Part shown: piece by piece, positions 43,304 through 45,933 of the stretch
How the letters are laid out: each line of letters begins with the position of its first letter
Position numbering within the stretch: position 1 is the stretch's first letter
Assembly (NCBI GenBank): GCA_040900345.1
Contig: JBBDZE010000008.1
Coordinates: 1 to 45,933 of the forward strand
Source of the DNA: Candidatus Spechtbacterales bacterium
GTDB taxonomy: Bacteria > Patescibacteriota > Minisyncoccia > Spechtbacterales > 2-12-FULL-38-22
Length of the DNA stretch: 45,933 nucleotides
Direction of reading: 5' to 3'
The notes under the pieces: model-generated
What the model was told of the DNA's origin: nothing
Databases searched by the model: none
What the model saw: the letters and a program-made list of their open reading frames with translations, nothing else
Made by a program: the position numbers and the translations under genes

Positions 43304-44218
43304 ATGGCAACACCCCCCCACCGGCCGATTGACAGCGCTACCATAGAAAATGCTTTGCGCAATCCTTTGCTCGTTGGTTTTGCCGCCGCGTTTCTTTTGG
43401 TGGTAGGAACACTGGGAGTTGTATGGGTGATGCTGGGCACCTCCCCCGAGCCAGAAGAACCCGAGCAGCAAAATGTCGGGCTGGGTAACCGCGTATTTAC
43501 ACCGGAAGATATTGAGGCGCAAAATCGCCGCCTTCTTGCCTATCAGCAGGAAGGTATTACCGACGAGCGTCTTGCAGAACTGCGTACCGAGCGCATCCGG
43601 TTGTTGTACTATGCCCACGAACACGATATCAGCATTTCAGACGAAGAATGGAATGAGCGTGTTGTAGCGCGCGCCGATCAGCGCCTTACCTTTGGCGCTG
43701 GATGGAGCGATGAGGAATGGCGCGATGTGCTATGGTGGCAGCTGCTACGGGAGAAACTGCAGGATGCCTCAAGCGGCGACCGTTTCGGCGAAGCAATGAG
43801 TATTCGCTGGGATGTCTATACCGAAGCACTGACACCAGCGGTTGTTGCCGCTAAGATGCCCGTCGGACGAGCGTATATCGAGAATGCCAGAGAGCAGCTG
43901 CAGGACGGAGAGATCGAGCGCCTCTACGACTTTTACCGCGACCACGCCAATCCTCAGAGGTTCAACCTGACCGATGGCAATGCGTATCAGCTGCAGTATA
44001 ACGGGTGGGACCCGACCACGCAGGAATATGCATACTTTGACCCTATGACCAGCAACGAGGCAGTTCTCAGCGCAGCCGCAGCGTCGTTTCCCCTTATCAG
44101 CTCGGTGCAGTGCACGGAAGGGGGCTGCAATCTCTATCACATAGTAGAAGGAGACGAGCAGCTCATTGCTGACGAAGAAGCCATTTCCGGTATTCGTTTT
44201 TCACCGATTCTTTTCTAG
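43304..44218 (+). CDS. Signal-anchored hypothetical protein, helical and Glu/Arg/Trp-rich, probably co-transcribed with 42879..43301
   Basis: The start is 2 nt after the upstream stop. TM anchor LLVGFAAAFLLVVGTLGVVWVML. I recognise no motif; there is a weak resemblance to SurA/PpiD N-terminal chaperone-type helices only. Confidence 0.65.
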   Translation: MATPPHRPIDSATIENALRNPLLVGFAAAFLLVVGTLGVVWVMLGTSPEPEEPEQQNVGLGNRVFTPEDIEAQNRRLLAYQQEGITDERLAELRTERIRLLYYAHEHDISISDEEWNERVVARADQRLTFGAGWSDEEWRDVLWWQLLREKLQDASSGDRFGEAMSIRWDVYTEALTPAVVAAKMPVGRAYIENAREQLQDGEIERLYDFYRDHANPQRFNLTDGNAYQLQYNGWDPTTQEYAYFDPMTSNEAVLSAAAASFPLISSVQCTEGGCNLYHIVEGDEQLIADEEAISGIRFSPILF

Positions 44219-44236
44219 TCTCGCTACACAACAGAA

Positions 44237-44265
44237 GCAAAACCGCGCCAAAGGCGCGGTTTTGC
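44237..44265 (+). terminator. Hairpin terminator after 43304..44218
   Basis: GCAAAACCGCGCC-aaa-GGCGCGGTTTTGC, with a 13-bp perfect stem and T-rich 3' arm. Confidence 0.65.
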
Positions 44266-44274
44266 TTCGAGATG

Positions 44275-44303
44275 TTGACAAAAGATATTATGCAACGTAT
44301 GGT
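44275..44303 (+). promoter_or_regulatory. Sigma70-like promoter for 44344..45324
   Basis: TTGACA (44275-44280), 17-nt spacer, TATGGT (44298-44303), directly after the terminator hairpin. Confidence 0.4.
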
Positions 44304-44343
44304 ATAAGTTGCAACGGAGGTTTGAACATGAAAGGGGGCAGCG

Positions 44344-45324
44344 ATGTTCTCAACGATCTGCCGAAGGGCAGCCCTAGCTGTCTTTCTGGCCATTATCGTG
44401 TCGGTGGCAGGTATTGCTCCGGCACACGCCGACCATGACGCGATGGTTCGCATCAGCCCCCTGCCGGCTGAAGGGCTGGGTGCCGGCATCTATACCGGCA
44501 TCATCGAGCAGCAGGCGTCGTTGGAGGCGCTCGAAGCAGCGCTCGCGCGCTACAACACCAATCTCGAACACCCCCTCGGACAGGGCGGCTGCGGTCTGCA
44601 GTCGGTCTGGAGCGTCCGCAACGGCCGCATCATCGGCGCCATTTTGGGGGCTCCCGTCTTTGTCAACCGGGAGTTCCTGGGGCACTTCCCAGGCGGCACG
44701 TTATCCGCAGGCGAAATCGTGATTGTCGTCTGCACATTCTTGCCGCCCGGCACGGGAGGCCCGGGGCAAGGTGGAGGAACGGTCGTGGTGCCGCAAGGAT
44801 GCGATCCCTGGCCGGAGGGCGTGGTGCCCGTATACCATGCACTGGAGCTTGCGGAGCTGGAAAGGGCTTGCCTGCGCTTGTTTGATGGGCCGGACGACGA
44901 AGACATCCCTGCTGGCTCGCGCGATGCGCTTGTCGTGCGGTCGCTCCTCATCGGCAACGATGGGAGCATTCTCGCACTGAGGTCGGCTATCGCGACCTAT
45001 TTGGGCAATCTGGTCCACGAGATGTGCCATTTGCGGGAAGACCTCGAAATAGCCCGCCTTGGCACGCAGGGGAACTGGTTGAGTACGCCAGCGGGCATTG
45101 ATTTCATCGTCCGCACCAAGTGGCATCGCGAAAACTATTTCTGGGTGGGTGACGAGGACTGGGCGCCCAACCCCGTCGAGGACGCGGCCAATGCCTGCGC
45201 CTCGTTCTACCTGGGGCACTTTGAGCAGCCCTATCCACCTGGGTTTGCTCGGTTCCCGGTTGAAGAGATTGAGGCCCGCGCCGTTTGGGCCCGTGAGTGG
45301 CGTCCGCCGCTTCGCGAACGCTAG
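44344..45324 (+). CDS. Secreted protein with an HExxH (zincin-like) motif (uncharacterised)
   Basis: Signal peptide AALAVFLAIIVSVAGIAPAHA|DHD; LVHEMCHLRED contains HEMCH; SD-like AAAGGGGG upstream. Confidence 0.7.
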   Translation: MFSTICRRAALAVFLAIIVSVAGIAPAHADHDAMVRISPLPAEGLGAGIYTGIIEQQASLEALEAALARYNTNLEHPLGQGGCGLQSVWSVRNGRIIGAILGAPVFVNREFLGHFPGGTLSAGEIVIVVCTFLPPGTGGPGQGGGTVVVPQGCDPWPEGVVPVYHALELAELERACLRLFDGPDDEDIPAGSRDALVVRSLLIGNDGSILALRSAIATYLGNLVHEMCHLREDLEIARLGTQGNWLSTPAGIDFIVRTKWHRENYFWVGDEDWAPNPVEDAANACASFYLGHFEQPYPPGFARFPVEEIEARAVWAREWRPPLRER

Positions 45325-45342
45325 AAAAGGAGACGAGATTCG

Positions 45343-45376
45343 AGGAGAGGAGGCCGCAGGGCCTCCTCTTTTTCTT
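45343..45376 (+). terminator. Rho-independent terminator
   Basis: AGAGGAGGCC-gcag-GGCCTCCTCT followed by TTTTTCTTT, 20 nt after the stop. Confidence 0.75.
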
Positions 45377-45721
45377 TGCGGATTTTGCGCAGGTGTGAAT
45401 AACTCGGAACCAAAAGTGTTGGCACTGTGCTATAGTGGTAGTGTTACACGCATAGAAAGGATGCGGTTTCTCTCTTTGTCTGCCCCTATCATATGAGTCC
45501 AGAAATCGAAAAAAAGATTACGAAATTTCTGTAGGGTGCGACAGGACTTCATTGTATTGCTACGATGATATTATCGTGTTGTTCGCAAAGGAATCCCGCT
45601 CGGATACTGTTTTTACATAGCGAAGGGAGACGCGCGCTGATTCAAAAAAGAGTTCTGCAAGACAAAGTCAGTAAAGCTTAGAAGCGCACGTAATAGTGGT
45701 GTACGAAGCAAAACAACGTTT

Positions 45722-45933
45722 ATGAGACTGATGGCAAATAGGAGGCGGGCGATAGTAATTCTTTTCTTTTGCATACTTCTTGGCGCAAGTTTTTTTTCTT
45801 GGGTGCAGGGCACTCAAGAGGCGCATGGTCAAAAATACGGCCAGTCTTCCTATTACAGCCAGTCTTCCTATTACAGACAGTCCTCTTATTACAGCCAGTC
45901 CGCCTACTATTGGCAATCCTCCTACTATTGGCA
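45722..45933 (+). CDS. Partial CDS running off the right edge, not in the ORF track: signal peptide plus tandem QSSYY(S/R/W) hexapeptide repeats
   Basis: Manual translation gives MRLMANRRRAIVILFFCILLGASFFSWVQGTQEAHGQKYGQSSYYSQSSYYRQSSYYSQSAYYWQSSYYW..., open to the window end. Confidence 0.6.
   Translation, partial: MRLMANRRRAIVILFFCILLGASFFSWVQGTQEAHGQKYGQSSYYSQSSYYRQSSYYSQSAYYWQSSYYW
45842..45933 (+). repeat. Tandem 18-nt coding repeat (at least 5 units)
   Basis: CAGTCTTCCTATTACAGC / CAGTCTTCCTATTACAGA / CAGTCCTCTTATTACAGC / CAGTCCGCCTACTATTGG / CAATCCTCCTACTATTGG. Confidence 0.85.

Noticed and set aside
45668-45916. Minus-strand ORF 45668..45916 (82 aa)
   Set aside because: Its repetitive GRLAVI/GLSVI translation is the antisense reading of the 18-nt tandem repeat. 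The + strand frame has a convincing signal peptide and start.
45842-45933. Tandem repeats as a possible CRISPR array (also considered for 9796-9826)
   Set aside because: The units are contiguous with no spacers and are only 18 nt (11 nt at 9796-9826). At 45842 they are in-frame coding repeats. No CRISPR-like repeat-spacer architecture exists anywhere in the window.
1-45933. Alternative genetic code (UGA read as sense, as in some CPR lineages) to explain the ORF-free regions
   Set aside because: TGA terminates several well-delimited genes here (the pilin-like gene, the GT-C gene and CHR paralogs 2 and 3). Conserved proteins such as pnp, efp and pcrA translate cleanly with the standard code.

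Overview
This is a 45.9-kb bacterial chromosomal segment using the standard genetic code: TAA, TAG and TGA all end recognisable genes. By inference only, the gene content suggests a moderately GC-rich Patescibacteria/CPR (Parcubacteria-like) genome. Supporting signs are a TrbL/VirB6-like membrane protein, a T4SS-pilin-like protein, a DksA/TraR mini zinc-finger, many signal-anchored hypothetical proteins and short GC-rich palindromes between genes.

Left part (1-24.3 kb), mostly housekeeping:
- A partial TrbL/VirB6-like CDS that is missing from the ORF track.
- rsmA, a UvrD/PcrA helicase, a LysM+M23 peptidase, comM/yifB, a DksA/TraR-like protein, a nucleotidyltransferase and a Pro-rich membrane protein.
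- An rpsO-NYN-pnp operon.
- tRNA-Lys(CUU) followed by partial repeats of itself, then a pilin-like gene.
- tRNA-Arg(UCG), tRNA-Arg(CCG), cca, tRNA-Pro(CGG), mscL, efp, tRNA-Val(CAC) and tRNA-Ala(CGC).
- A sensor histidine kinase, a decayed IS481-like transposase and lnt.

Right part (24.3-45.9 kb), accessory-looking: it is entirely on the + strand, looks more AT-rich by eye, and encodes almost only exported or membrane-anchored His/Cys-rich proteins.
- Two tandem genes whose ordered HH...H...HxH...M motifs match the copper ligands of PHM/DBH-type monooxygenases.
- A GT-C (ArnT/PMT-like) glycosyltransferase.
- A frameshifted 3' fragment of a histidine kinase paralog.
- The most interesting feature: an eight-gene array of an unrecognised Cys-pair/His-motif helical-repeat family. 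It is interleaved with, and three times fused to, a small cupredoxin-like domain in which the blue-copper Cys is replaced by a His cluster (WPASxxHPxH ... YHDHL).
- Accessory exported proteins: one with a predicted N-terminal His, a degenerate cupredoxin-like protein, an HExxH protein and a QSSYY-repeat protein that runs off the window.

I propose this block as a candidate undescribed extracytoplasmic metal (probably copper)/redox system.

Two ORF-free regions (5336-5890 and 9302-9820) have strong long-range pairing and may encode structured RNAs. No rRNA or CRISPR array was found. All calls come from reading the sequence and translations; no searches were run.
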